Below, one piece after another: positions 37,155 to 50,653 of a stretch of DNA of 64,000 nucleotides. The stretch is from the NCBI GenBank assembly GCA_052426225.1, contig JBNJNM010000006.1, forward strand, positions 1,054,001 through 1,118,000. Direction: 5' to 3'. The DNA is from Zancudomyces culisetae HAW-14-8 (taxonomy: Eukaryota > Fungi > Kickxellomycota). Numbering within the stretch: position 1 is the stretch's first letter; each line of letters opens with the position of its first letter. A program made the translations under genes and the position numbers. Under the pieces are notes generated by a model. It worked only from the letters and a program-made list of their open reading frames with translations. It did no database searches and was not told the DNA's origin.

Positions 37155-40147
37155 GTAGTAGAAGAGGAGGAAGAGGAGGGTGATGAGAGAGAGGCAAAGA
37201 GAGGAGAGGAAAGAATTTCAGAGGCGGAGGGACGAAGAGAGGGAGATTTGTTCATTAGCCAGCGGACAAATTCGGCATGGGCAGGCCAAGTAGATTCAAA
37301 GTCGGCAGGGAAGATGGCAGACCTGAGGTTTTTGAGAACAAGGTGGCGTTCCATAAGAGTATTGAATTTGTAAAACAGCTCAAAGAAGATGATTCCAAGA
37401 GAGTAGATGTCGGCTTTGTAGCCGTAGGAGGAAGATGAGGAAGGGTCAGCAAGTTGTTCGGGAGCAGCATAGGTGACAGTGCCGATTCCGCTTGTTCTGG
37501 GGGAGGCAAAAGAAGGAGGAGTTAAGGGGTGGTGAAGAGGTTTTGGAGAGAAATCAGGGGGGATAATTGATTCAGAAAGGCATCTAGAACGATGAGAGTG
37601 AGAGTTAGGAGGAGGAATAGGAGTGGAAGGAGAGGGAGAGAGAGAAAGAGAAAGGGAAAGAGGGTCATCGGGGGAAATGTCAGAGGTAGAAACAAGACCA
37701 AAATCACCAATAAGAGGAAGGATTTTGGAGCAGTTATTGGGACAAGAAGCAGAGTAAGAGGAGAAGAGGGGAGGATAAGGAGAGGCAGAACAGAAGGAGC
37801 AAGGGTCGCCAATCAGATTCAAAAAGACATTTGCAGGTTTGAGGTCTCTATGGATAAGATTTGCTTTGTGGATAGCTTCAACGCCAAGACAAATATCCTT
37901 GAATAGGGCAAGGTTGACAGAGTTGTCGATGGGGAAATCGAGGGATTTGTTGCGGTGAAGAAGGTACTCGTGCAGAGTAGATTCGCACAGCTGCATTTGA
38001 ACAAATAATACGGGTCGTTCTTTGGGAAGTGGAATGGATGGTTTTGGAATGTCAACAAGGTAAGTTTTGGCAAAGGAGCGGGACATGGATATGGATAGGG
38101 ACGGGTTGTTGGTAAGCAGGTGGTTTTCAGAAGGAAGAGATTTAGGATAGACGATGTTGAGAGGTTGGGAAGAAGAGTAGTGGTGATAGTTTTTTGAAGA
38201 AGGAGAGGAAATACCATGACGAGTAAAAGGAGTATTGGTAGTATTTATAGGAATAGGTTTTGGAATTTGTAAAGTGGAAAAAGGAATAGGACGATTCTTG
38301 TTGTTGTGATTGGAATTTGAATTTGAATTGGAATTGGAATTAGTACAACTTGTATTAGAAGAAATCAGAGTCTTTGTACCTTTTGTAGAAATGGGATTTT
38401 CAGAAGATTCTTCAAAATAGACTTGACCACTTTTGGAAAGACTATCGTCAGCAAAGACCACACCATCACTCCAATCTGCACTCATCTCCTCTTCTTCCCC
38501 TTCCCCTTCTCCCTCTTCTTCTCCTTCTCCTTGTTCCTCTCCTTCTTCCTCTTCCTCATAGTTTTGTCTTTGTCTTTGTCTCTGCCTTTGTCTTTGCTGT
38601 CCTAAACTTGGTGTATAATTCAAATCACTATACATCCCTCCTACTCCTACTCCTGCTCCTACTCCTGTTCCTATTCCGGCCGAAGAAGTCGAAATTGTGT
38701 TAAAAATACTATTAGTTTCCAACCCGCGACGTCGACCTCTTTCCTCGTGCTCATGTTCATCCTCATGTACAACAGATTCTAGTTTGATCTTGGGCTTTGG
38801 ACGTCTGCTAGCTCGACTGTTGTTGTTACCACCACTGCCTTCTATATTCTTGTTCTTTGTTCTAAATTCAATCCAGCTACTATAATACCGTACAATGTTT
38901 GGATGGTTAAGCCGCGCAAGCACTTTGATTTCCCGCAACGTCTTTTCGGCTGCCACTTGTCCCTTGATCCTGATTTGCTTGATAGCATACCGAAGCCCAT
39001 CCAGCTTGTTTATCGTTTCGTATACCTCTCCAAATCCTCCTTTTCCTATTCTCCTCACCTCTACAAAATCTTCTCGGTACCGACTCTTCTTGAAATTGTC
39101 CATAAGCTGTGCCATAAAACTGTATTCTCGTTGCCTAGACCCCATCACCCTGTGCTGTGCTCCTGAATTCATCCATGATCTCGCCAACATACTGCTTTGG
39201 TCCGAATTCGTTTTGCTCCTGTGTCTTCTTATGATTGCGTGGCCTTGATCTTGTCTTTGACCTCTATATTCGCTACAATCTCCTCTCTCTGATGAATTTC
39301 CTTCTTCCATATATATATCTCTATTTCTATCTCTATCTCCATCTCCATCCCCAACTTTATCTCTATTTTCCACATCTTTTAAATCATCTTTATATATTCC
39401 CCTGCTTTCACTAAATTCATCATTACTATATCCATTACTATAACCATAGCCATAACCATAACTATCACTCTCATTTCCACTATTATTATTATTACTATTG
39501 GCATTGGTATTAGTATTAGTATTGGTATTAGAATTAGAATTAGTGTTAGTATTGCCATTACTATCCTCATCACTATCACTACTATTCGACATCTCGTCTC
39601 CAATATCATCCTGTGCTGAACATCCAACCCGTTTTGGAATCGTTTTCATCCTCATATTTATCTCTGTCTCTCTAACCGCCTCCTGAAACATCTGAATGAT
39701 CTTCCCCTTGTAGTGTTCTCTCACCGCTGCCGTCATATCCTTATGCTCCTCATTGAGCAACCCCCTCATCCGCAACTTTTCACATATCGAAAGATATATT
39801 TCTCGATTGAATCGGTGATCCGCCCCCACTGTCATTATCACTAGCTCCAGCAACGAACTAAATAACAACCTTGTCTCTTGATTCGCTCTTTCTATTTCCC
39901 TTTCTCTATTCACATGCATATGCACATTTCTATTTCTATTTCTATGTCCGTTTCCATTTCCATTTTCATGTCCGTGATCAACCACTGCTCGTCCTTTTTC
40001 TCTAATTAGTTCTACTTCTGGGTTCCAGTTTTTCTCGTATTTCTCTACTGCCATTCGTGGCGTCACATAATACTGTGTGCTTTCCACTCTTATCTCACTT
40101 TTTTCCTTATTCTCGCCTATTTTCAATCCTTTATATTCGTTTTTCAT
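36893..40147 (-). CDS. eIF2-alpha kinase, HRI (EIF2AK1)-like, 1084 aa
   Basis: SRYREDF..IGKGGFGEVY...NKLDGLRYAIK, LARLNHPNIVRYYSSW, long kinase insert, LFVQMQLC, IHRDLKPANVF, IGDFGL, TSGIGTVTYAAPEQ. HRI-type N-terminal segment (LLFSSLLE...ICEKLRMRGLL) and C-terminal coiled coil. Confidence 0.92.
37109..37160 (+). repeat. (TAG)n microsatellite encoding poly-Thr in the kinase C-terminal tail
   Basis: About 17 near-perfect TAG units. Confidence 0.9.
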
Positions 40148-43100
40148 TACTTTGTTCTCTCTTGGCTCATTATCTTTTCTTTGTTTTTTTTTTCTCCCCA
40201 GCTTTTTATAAAATCAGCCTTTAGAGATCGTCCATATATTTATATATTTACTTTATATTTATATTTATATTTTTTTGTTTTTTTTTTGTTTTTTTATATC
40301 AGTTTTCCTTTATATTCCGTTGTATCCTTTTTTTTAATGTTGTGGTTGTGGTTGTAGTTGTAGTTGTTTAATAATAATACACTTTTATTCCGTTTATTTT
40401 TGTTCTGGTTCTCTGTTTATTTCCGTCCGTGATCTTTATTTCAATCAACCGAATGTGTTTGTAGAGTCCAAAAGTTACTTTTCGTAATCCAATCGCTTCT
40501 TATTTGTAAAAAGTTTTGATAATGCTAAATTTCCACTTGGTTTTTGTCTTTTTTCTTTTTCCTTTTTCCGCTCTCTTCAAGGTTTGAAAGATTATGTTTT
40601 TGTTCTGTTTAATCTAACTCTGGTCCCGTTTTTTTTATAAAAAGAAAAGAAAAAGAAGAAAAAAAACCTTAAATATTCTTAAAAATACAAAGTTTCATTA
40701 AATAATACAATTTTGCTTTTTGGAAATATCAAAAACAAAAATTTTAAATCAACTCGGAAAGCTCTTGGGTTTTGTTGATTGATATAAATATATATTACTA
40801 CAAGTATAATGCTCTTGTTACTTTTTACTTTCTTTCTTCTCCTTTTATCTTGTTTTCTTTTCGATTATAAATAAGCTTCTTATGCTTTTATTATCTTTCT
40901 TAACCGGTTGTCCTCTCCCAAAGGTACGTTTTATCTGTTTCGTTTTTGTCTTTTTTTTCCAACTCTTTTAAAAGTTTAAAACACAGGTAAAGGGGGAAAT
41001 GTTGTAGGGTTGAGGGTTATGGTTTGAGTTTGATTTTGTGTTTGGGGATTTGTACAAGTGTTGCAAAAATGTTGTATAAATATTATATGTATAAGTATCC
41101 TTTTTTTTCTCTAGAAGCAAAATAGTCCTCAATTTCTTTCTTTTCCTTGTAATTTTCTTTTTACCTGTCTTTTATATTTATACTTTTACTTTTATTTGTA
41201 TTTATATTGGTTTTTTCGTTGTTCTTTTTTTTTTTTGATTCCTGTAAAAAAAAAAGTCTGACACTAAAAATTTATCTCGAAAGAGTTCCTCCTGGATTTC
41301 CACTGTTTTCTATCCTGCTCCCGCAATACATGTACAAAAAAAAAAGAAAAAGCCCACACATACAATACATGTACACAGAAATTCTAGGTACTATCTGATT
41401 TGTTTTTGATATTTTCCTAATTTAGTTTTTTTTTTTTTTAGTCCTCCTTGTGATTCTATAATATTCGTTGAATTAAGCAAATGGTTTCCCCTCTTTTTGC
41501 AATTTATTGTTTGCTGGTGGTTTTTTTTTATTGCTAATTCCCTTTTCTTTTTTATATATACCTCTTTAATAATCCTGATATTTTTATTCTCAGGTAACAC
41601 TGGTCCACTAATCTATTTCAAAATGTAAAATCTTTGCTAATTTATTTGCCCACCCAATATTTTGTACCTATTTAGACTTAATGGTTCTCCTTAATCACTT
41701 GTAAACCTGATGATTTTCTCTAATTGTCTCTGCTGTTAATTTGTCCTATCAGCGAATCGATCTCTCTCTTTTTATTTTCGCTCTTCAAAAATTAATTCTT
41801 CTGTTTGAAAAAATCCCTTTATTTGCAAGTGTATTTCTTAGCCTACTTTTTTTTTTATATAGCCAAAAAAATATTTAATTCCGCTTTTATGATATTTATA
41901 TCCCAGAACTTTTCTTTCACCTCCCCCTCCCCTCTTCCCTCTTCCTTCCATCTCCCCCTTTTAAATGATCCTACCTTTTTCTATTATGGTGCCTTATTCC
42001 CTAATTTTTTTCTATAACAATCGCAGCTAATTTATTTTCCTACTTGTTTCAGTTTTTTTCTTTTTTTAATTAGCTCTTGATTGTTCCGCAAGACTTTGTG
42101 ATTGCATCACTTGGCAAAATCTATGCTTTTTTTAAAGAAAATTTGCTAATTTATAGTAATTTCCACGCGATATTATAACTACCATGCGTTTCCAAAAATA
42201 TTCTCTATTATATATTTTTTCCCTTGCAAATCACATGTATTTCTAGCAAATAGTGTTTATAGGCTTCTTAGCTACGCTTGGAAACTCCTAAAACAGCCCT
42301 CATCCACCACCTCCCCTCCCAATCCCATTCCGCACACAAGTAAAAAAAACTAAAATCCACCCTGCATTCTCCAAAATATAATTCAGAATGCTTTTGCTTA
42401 CCTTGCTGCGTTTTTCCTTCTCTTTCTTTACTTATCCCTGTCACCAGTATATCTATTAAAACCCATCAACATGAAACAAATGCCTTGTCCACACTTTAAA
42501 ACTCTAATTTGTTGATCCTTCCTGATTATATCACCTTTATTGTTCTTTTATTACAGCCCCAAAACTTTTTATTTTTTCTTAATTTTTTGTAGCTCTCACT
42601 CTCTCAACCAAGGTCTGTAAACTGTGCCTAGATTGCTTTGTTTTACGTGTTGTTTTTTGTGCCTCAATCTTTCTTTTTTTTTTCTGGATATGTCACCTAC
42701 TGATTATTTGTTGACGTCAGCTGATGTTTACCTGTTTGTTTCGGTTTTTCCTAGCTTGTAAATAATATCAAAACCATATTAAAAAGTGTATCCCACAAAT
42801 ACTCTACTCGTTTATTAGCCGAAAAATACAATCCCTGGATTATACTGTTGTGATCCCGTACTGTTTAAATGATGCAATTCCGAGAATGACATTACTCAGT
42901 CTTACCTATAAAATCCAACTTGTTATGGTCTTTACTATCTCCTCTCCCCTTCCTCTTTCTTTTTTTTTAATCGAAGCTTGCTACATTTTTTCATAATAAA
43001 AATTGTACGTATTGTTAGTCTGTCCTCAACTCTCACCTAGAAAATATTACGTGTCTTTTTTATAATTCCTCACATAGGATGACCACTCTATGCCCACCAC

Positions 43101-46100
43101 TTTTACCGAGTAAATCAAAAAATATAAAATATAAATAGCAGTCATTATCTTGAGCACTAAGGAAATAGTTTAAAAACTACGAAGCGCATCTGAATGACCT
43201 TTCCTAGAATAAACACCACTATAACTACCACTCTCTCCCAAATCCTCATACAACTATATTCAGGGTCAGACGATCTTTTTTCACATTAATTATATCTTGC
43301 CATTTCTTGATGATATATGCTAAACTAAATGCATAATGAATTTTACCCGTATTTAGATAATTGCAAGCTAATTACCTTTTATCCACTGCAAATACCTGTA
43401 AAAAAAATACACAAAAAAACTCTTCGATTCTTGTATCAAGATGAAGATAAATAAGATTTATTCCTCACTTCCTAGAAATGGAACACTTATTATTTCTGGT
43501 CAGATAATTAAGCCGTATTTTTATGTGCTTTGCTATAAATGATCCCCTTTTTCCTATTCAAAAAAAAAAGTGGGATTGGAACCAAGAATGGTTATGTAAT
43601 GTACGTATATATGTGCAAAACAAAAGAAAAAAAGGTCTGTTCTGCTTAATTTTGCCGCTCTTTTTTTTTTGCTATCTACCTTAAAGAACTATGTATTGAT
43701 GTACAAGATAATGATAAATATAAAACGCAATTTATACCATTTCTCATACACTCAAAACTTGTAGTTATTGCAAATACTATTTTTTCACTTATACATTAAT
43801 TTGGCATATACACCCAAAATTAAATATCTCGACCAAGTCGACACGTAGGTGTAATGTGACCTGTAGGCTACACCATATTAGGCTTCACTCAGTCGTTCTT
43901 TGTATTTATTATCGTATTCATCTCTCTTTGTGACATTCAATTATCATTAGCAAACAAACGCCATTATAGTAGAGTTTTGCAAATCTAAATAAAGTCAATA
44001 AATAAAAACCAACACCAAATATCATTAGCGTTGGAATTCCAAGCCTGTTTGGCGTTGAAGTCATCCGATTTAAACCAACTTTGGCGAATAGGCTGATTGT
44101 TCTTATTTTTGGGTGTCATTATTTTATCTCTTGCCGACTAATCAACATAATAGGGTCAATTTTGTTTTGCTAGAATCAGGCAACAACAAAAACCATACAC
44201 TGCACAACAGAACACTCAAGAATGGCAGCATTTTTTTTTCTCCGACTCTATTTTACATGTAGCCTTCATACTCGACAACAAATGCGGCTGGACTTGAGAT
44301 CCATCACATGCGCATTTGTCTAATAAACCATAAGCAACCATGGAGTAAGATTTTCTCTACACTCTATACAATTGGTAATAATAGCACTAGTTCAGAAACT
44401 GCATCTTCATTATCACCTCCACCCTTGATCTCATTTGTGTTCATAAATAATCGGGTCACGTTTTTACCCCTTTCCAGACTTTTGTTTGTTTTCTTTAGTC
44501 TGGTGTTGTGTTTGTAGTACCACAAATCGCCTTACTCTGCTTTACTTCCCTAATCGTGTAGTCTTAGTTTGTTTTTTTTAGTTGGTTCCGGTTAGCGTTT
44601 TTTAATTTACCTGTTTTGATAATACTTAGGGTAGTGGCACGAAATATTTGTGAAAATCCTTTTGATGTACAAGCATAAAAGCTAACCATTTTTTTTACCA
44701 ATATCCTTAAAAATACGATGGTTTAAAAGACACATACAAGTTCTAAGCAAAAAAAATGTTACACAAGTACTGCTTACCATCTATTCTCGCCCCCCCTTTT
44801 TTTTTACATTCTCAAAACAGCCTGTTGTATTAGACAATAAATTATCAAGTATTCTGGACTCATATCGATCAGAGTTTTTCCGTGATGAAAAGCGAGCTGT
44901 GTTGTTGTAGAACACCAGTTTAATTCGTAAAGAGTCTTTGGATTCAAGTCTAATCGTATGTGAGATGACAACACTATTAATTAAATAACGTCATTCTACG
45001 CTTAATGCCTGTTAAATCCGAGCTGTTCGAGTGTGAATGTGTGAATTTAAACTGTTTGCACCAAACAATGTATCAAAAAGGATATGACATATCCATATCT
45101 CACTTCAAGATAAAAAAAGGAAGGTACACGCATTGTTAGTAGAAGCACCTTTTGTTATCATATGTTACCTTGTGCACCTGATGTTGGTAATCTTCTGAGT
45201 TTAAACCTCTTTTTCAGCCCACAAATGTCCAAATAAATGCCGTTAATTCAACAAGAAAACAGCGCAAAAGGAAAGGATTTGCAATGCCACAGATTAATTA
45301 CAGTGATGCAATTATGCCTCTTTTGTTTTCTTTGAGCTCTAAGCGTAAATTTTTTTTTTCCATTAGTGTCACCCCACTCGAAAACTGGACACTTGAATCC
45401 AAGTTGATGTACTTGTGTGTCTAACAATTACTACGGACAGAAAAGAAAAAGTGCATACCCAACCTGGCTTTAAATCAATTTATCTACACATTTCATCGTT
45501 ACTGACTTACAACCGGGTTATTTTTAAATACCGAATTACACAACCACTTGTAGATGTTATTAATCTCTCAGATTGTCAGAATCAAAGCAATTTACAAAAC
45601 TTTGCCGCACTTTACACATTCACATGATACACATACACGTGGTCTCTTCACGTTACCTTTGAACCCAAAATATTTAGCTTTGTACTCTTTTTCTTCTAGA
45701 AATATACGATAAAGAACATATCGGGCTTTTATTTAATAAATTCACCTATTAAAAAAAAACATATCGGGCTGCTGTCAATAACGAGTCTAAAAACACTTTG
45801 GTAAAGAGTCCAGTACCCAATCAACAAAAATAATTGCATCAAATTCTAATATAGAGATAAAATAGTACCCAGTACCATAGATATAATGGAAAAAAATACA
45901 AGAAGTGGGGATGTAATGAGAAAGGCGTTAAAATAGTGCGGTTATGTGTTCGTTCCCTAGAACACAAGTGTTGTTTGACTGTAAAAAGCTAGCCTAACAT
46001 ATTGTTTGTATCAAAGCTACGCTGACCTTTTATTCATCATCTCTAAATCTGCTGTGCAGAAATTGACTTTCTTCTATAGCATCCCAACACAATTTTCATT

Positions 46101-46645
46101 CATTAAACTAAAACATAAAAGAGAACAAAAGCCTGTATAAGCCAAACTTGCTGTATGAAGAAACACCTTACGCGTATTGTGTATTAAAAATCAGTAAATT
46201 CGTAGTATCAACCATATAGTTATTCAGAGAGGCAACCATTTTTCAAGAACTAATCGAATGTACAAAATACACCACACTTACTATACAATGTACCTGTATC
46301 CTATTTGGCATATCCACAATACGTATTCTGGTGGCTGATAATAGCCCAAAACTATAAGGAGGAGGAGAGTGAGGTAAAAGCACAAACGATATAAACCGAA
46401 AAATGTAAAGATATAATGAACTCAGAATTTTGCACTGTTGGATACATCGAGCTTTTTTCAAACCGAAATCTTGGCTTTCTATACTCGCTTCAAAGAACTT
46501 GTGAATATATTCTTTAATTTTTTGTCAAAAACAAAATAGATAACATTAGACTTTGGAGTCAAAGATTAAAATAACTCTAAAACATACCGATGATTAGAAA
46601 GCGATAAAATAAAGAATATGCGTCTATAATTCCGCATTCAAAGTA

Positions 46646-47739
46646 TTAAAGAAAGGCACAGCCTAGAATGGCAACCAGCGACACCAAAGATGCCGATATT
46701 AGACTCTCAGCTCCAGGAGATCTTCCCATTGCATTATTTGGTTTATAGTTTTTCGGCACACCATCGTTGGTATCTAAATATAAACATTTGATAATTAATT
46801 CATTGTTTAGTCAATAGTAGTCTGAATATGGTAATAATATACTTACTTTTGTAGTTGGATCGGTACATTGTAAATGGAAGCTGAAAATTTATTAGCTGGC
46901 CATCGTGTACTGTACTGCCATTTTTAAGCCCAATGTCACCATCATAGAATATCATCCGATAACCGGGAATTGCGCTAAGACCGATACCCTGGGGAGTTTG
47001 GGCTGAAGTGTCCCAAGTATAGTTTGTCCCAGAAATATTTACAGCAATATTCCACTGGATAGGTTTTGTTGTGCCTGGCTGGTTAAAACGACCATTGTTT
47101 GGCATCTGACCGATTATCATAAGCTTTGATGGTGCTTTTGTCATATCATCAGAGTACTTCCATGTCAATTTGACTTTAGAATCCATTTCAAACAGTGGTG
47201 TTGGAACAGTGTTTGGTGGTACAACCATTGACATTCTTCCTGGCTGTCCATTTCCCGAGTCCTCGCTATCCTCACTATCTTCGCTGTCCTCACTGTCATC
47301 GCTACTATCCTCACTACTGCTATCACTGTCGTCCTTACTCTTGCTATTACTCTTGCCCTTATCTTTATCCCCTTTATCCTTATTATCGCTGTCCTTGTCG
47401 CTTTTATCCGATTTTTCTGTCTTTGTGGTAGATTTTTCATCGCTGCTAGCTGTTGCAGTTGGCTTAGAATCACCACCCTTAGATGCGTCTGAATCTCCAC
47501 TTTTACTTGCTACAGCTACAGAGTTAGAGCCTGCATCTTGACTTGAGCCTATGTTGCGTCGGTTAAACAAATAAAGTTATTCCAGATCTGTATAAATATA
47601 GAATGAACAGATATGGATACAGTATGGATGGTCTCAACTCTTTTCTCAACACTTAGATGTGATACTTACCTTGTCCGTTTGTTTGATACAAAACTGCACA
47701 CAAAAACAGAGTAAAGAAAAAAAAAATTCTGGCTTGCAT
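46646..47739 (-). CDS. GPI-anchored Ser/Asp/Lys-rich surface protein (resembles the fungal UPF0619-type family); 3 exons (47739-47670, 47548-46847, about 46773-46646)
   Basis: Exon 1 encodes the signal peptide MQARIFFFFTLFLCAVLYQTNG, with GTAAGT donors. Conserved-looking domain PGRMSMVVPP..TPLFEMDSKVKLTWKY...YTWDT. Last exon ends in a GPI-type signal (NAMGR...SLVSLVAILGCAFL*). Confidence 0.8.
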
Positions 47740-49705
47740 TATTTCTATTAAAAGCGTACTATCACACTGTCCTGCTATATTCCAATACCAGAGGCTATAT
47801 ACTTACTGAGAACCCTTAATCTTATATAAGTTTATACCTGTATTGATTTTTGATATCCTCGGTAACAACTTAACTAGGGATAATATAATTAAGGGATATA
47901 TTTACAAAGAGAATATTGTGGTAATAACATTAAGGCAGTGATGCTAGATTAACAGCCTAAATATATGCCAAAGAAAACATAGCTTTCCATGATTTAAACT
48001 AGCGGGTGCCTGTGAGTCAAGAATTTTATATTTTTTTCGAGTTTACTGCATTATTTGTTGCCTGGAGTGCTTAGTTTGCCCTAATCGTGTTTAAAATAGC
48101 AGTTACTGTCATTATTTGAAGCATTGTTGATTAATGAACTGAATTTAAAAATAAACCCTTTAATTTAGTCGAATATGCCTACTAACCTGATTCAGAAACA
48201 AAACGTTTTCTAAATGAATGTAACAGCTGAATGAACATTTTTTTTCTTTTAGTCTTAACGTTATTGGTGCTGGTTATTTGTTTATGCGTACAAGCTGTAC
48301 TAAAGTGAGGGTAACATATAATAAATGAATAAATAAATTAACAAAAATACACGTTACCAAGCCTTTTTTTAATTCAAAAATATATAGCATTGTCTAAAAA
48401 CAATCGACTCATAGCCTATATAAAATGCTTTTTTTCACAACCGTTTTGTTCTTACTACACCATTAGGCTGTAACTATCTGAATATGTAATTTATGATGCA
48501 ATTGCTATGTTACTCATATACAAAAAACCCACCCTTCCAACTATGCGTCCTATTTAGCAAACTAGCTATCCTTATGAACATCTAAAACTAAAGGAGTATT
48601 TCTGAGGTAAAACTCAGCTACTATGTTGCTCACTCTTTGTCTGTCTGCCTCAAAAAAATAAAAACAATAACAAAATAAAAAAAGAATACATATCTCCACA
48701 CCAACAATAAAGTTAAAACTAGTTAAAATCCCCAGACTACCATTTCAATAGATACAACGCACTTTTCTGACATTATTTATTGTAGCCTCAACATGGCAGT
48801 AAATGGCCAAGAACCATCTTCTCCACTTCCCAAAGCTATTGAATGACAAACATGCATCATATATTCACTTTCAAGTACTTTAATTATTTTGTCAACGAGT
48901 CCTTGAAAAATCCACAAATCCATTAACTCTCCAAAGAGGAAATGTGCATTAATTGAGCACAAGAGCATGATATTGTTGTTCAAAATAATAATAATAATAT
49001 TTTGGGTCAAGATGTCAACTATAATAGAATACTCGAATACTGAACAAGGTGTATACACTCATATAGTACATGCCAAAAACGGTTCAGTTATTCAGACATT
49101 CTTTTCCCTTCAACCGGTGTGATTTCCCTTTTGATTTTTTGGCCTCCGAGCACCAGTCTTTTCTGAAGAGTCACCAGAATGGTCGGTTAACTGTACTTAA
49201 GCAGACGTATATCAATACTGTTCATATATGTATGTTGCCAATAAGGATCCAATTCGCAAGCCAAAGAGATAGGCGGAAACATCGTGTCCACTAATGCTCA
49301 GTAATTTTTCTGAAAATAAGTTTGCTTTTTTAATGAGCAACAGGCGAATCAAGCTGAAGTCCCGTGAACCCTGGGGTTCTTTTCCTGCTTTACTTTTATT
49401 TTCATTTTACTTTGGTACCTTTTCTCTTTCCAAGCCGTTTATTCTTAAACACGAAATCGAGGCAAAGCCCAGGGCTTCAAGCAGCTGTGTATACAAACCA
49501 GACCAAAGAGGATAAATACACTCCTTACTTTCGAAAAACGATAGGTACTTGCGGCCTTGCGTCACTTTTTGGCAATCGAGAATGTCCTACTTCAACAGCG
49601 CTTCTAGTGATAAAGTACAAATATTTTTTTTATGAATGCATATTTTTACTCTTTAACTGAAGATCGAGACAGATTCGATATTACATACTACTGTAGAGAT
49701 TTAAT

Positions 49706-50653
49706 ATGCTGATTCAAATTAAATTGGAGTTATTTGGTATGTAGGAAAATAAAAGCACAATTAATGGCAGTGGTGCACGATCGAATCTAAATGGTATTGT
49801 TAGCCTTTTTCTTTTCTAGCTCCCCTTCCACTTAAAAGATATTCAATATGGAATTTTGAGATTTAGAGATTAAGTGTTGCAAAAATGTCGAATTATAGCT
49901 GGTACACTGGGGGTGCCAAAGAGACTTACCGAAATCAACAGAAAGCCGGCTGCAAGGCTGAAGCCGGGATTTTCTACGCTGGATTGGGCCCTTTTAAAGA
50001 ACTCTGGCAAGGATTTGAGGGTAAAACAGTGATTATTTTTTTCTGTCACGAGGAGTAGGAGTTTTAACTAGCATAGTAAGCGCGTATTTATTGCGAGATA
50101 TTAGAAAAGTCATCAGAAAAATCAAATAGGGCGTGGACACACTTGGAGCATATACCTTGGAAGAAGTAGCAAAACACAACACTAGAGATGACTGCTGGAT
50201 GATACTCTATGGAAAAGTCTACAACGTTACTGCATATTTACCATATCACCCCGGAGGTAACTGCATACACCGCATTTTTTTAGAACTGCCAGTGGGTTCT
50301 TCATAGCTAGTGATTGTTTTACTCAATCGATGACCTATTTTTGGCAGTTAATGTTATCAATCTACCAGTATTTTGTAAATTTTTCCTAATAACGGTAACA
50401 AACTATTGATTATAGGAAAAGGCCAAGTAATGCGAGCTGCTGGAAAAGATGGGACAAAGCTGTTTGGTAAGTAGCGCTAAACTCTATGCTATCTGTTTTA
50501 CTTATTGGTTGGCCCGTTTTTAGCTACATGTGTATACAAACCACCATTTGATAAAAAAAATTTCATATACAAAAAAAAATAGCTGAAAATCATGCCTGGG
50601 TCAACCCCGAGTTGATGCTGGATAAGTGTCTAGTTGGCTTTTTGAAGAAGTAG
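49706..50653 (+). CDS. Cytochrome b5-like heme-binding protein (Irc21 / CYB5R4 N-terminal type); multi-exon, absent from the ORF track; 5' start uncertain
   Basis: Exons at about 49899-50020 ([22 protein letters not shown]), 50130-50256 (GV...[34 protein letters not shown]), 50416-50467 ([17 protein letters not shown]) and 50583-50653 ([22 protein letters not shown]). Both heme-ligand His (HPGG, HAWVN) present. Confidence 0.9.

Noticed and set aside
30229-39686. Many antisense or alternate-frame ORFs over the striatin, trypsin-like and kinase genes (also over 46800-47570, NDUFV1 and C1-THF synthase)
   Set aside because: Shadow ORFs of real genes and of microsatellite or low-complexity sequence.
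48777-49660. Short ORFs upstream of the cytochrome b5 gene
   Set aside because: Could not be assembled into a coherent spliced gene and show no motifs.
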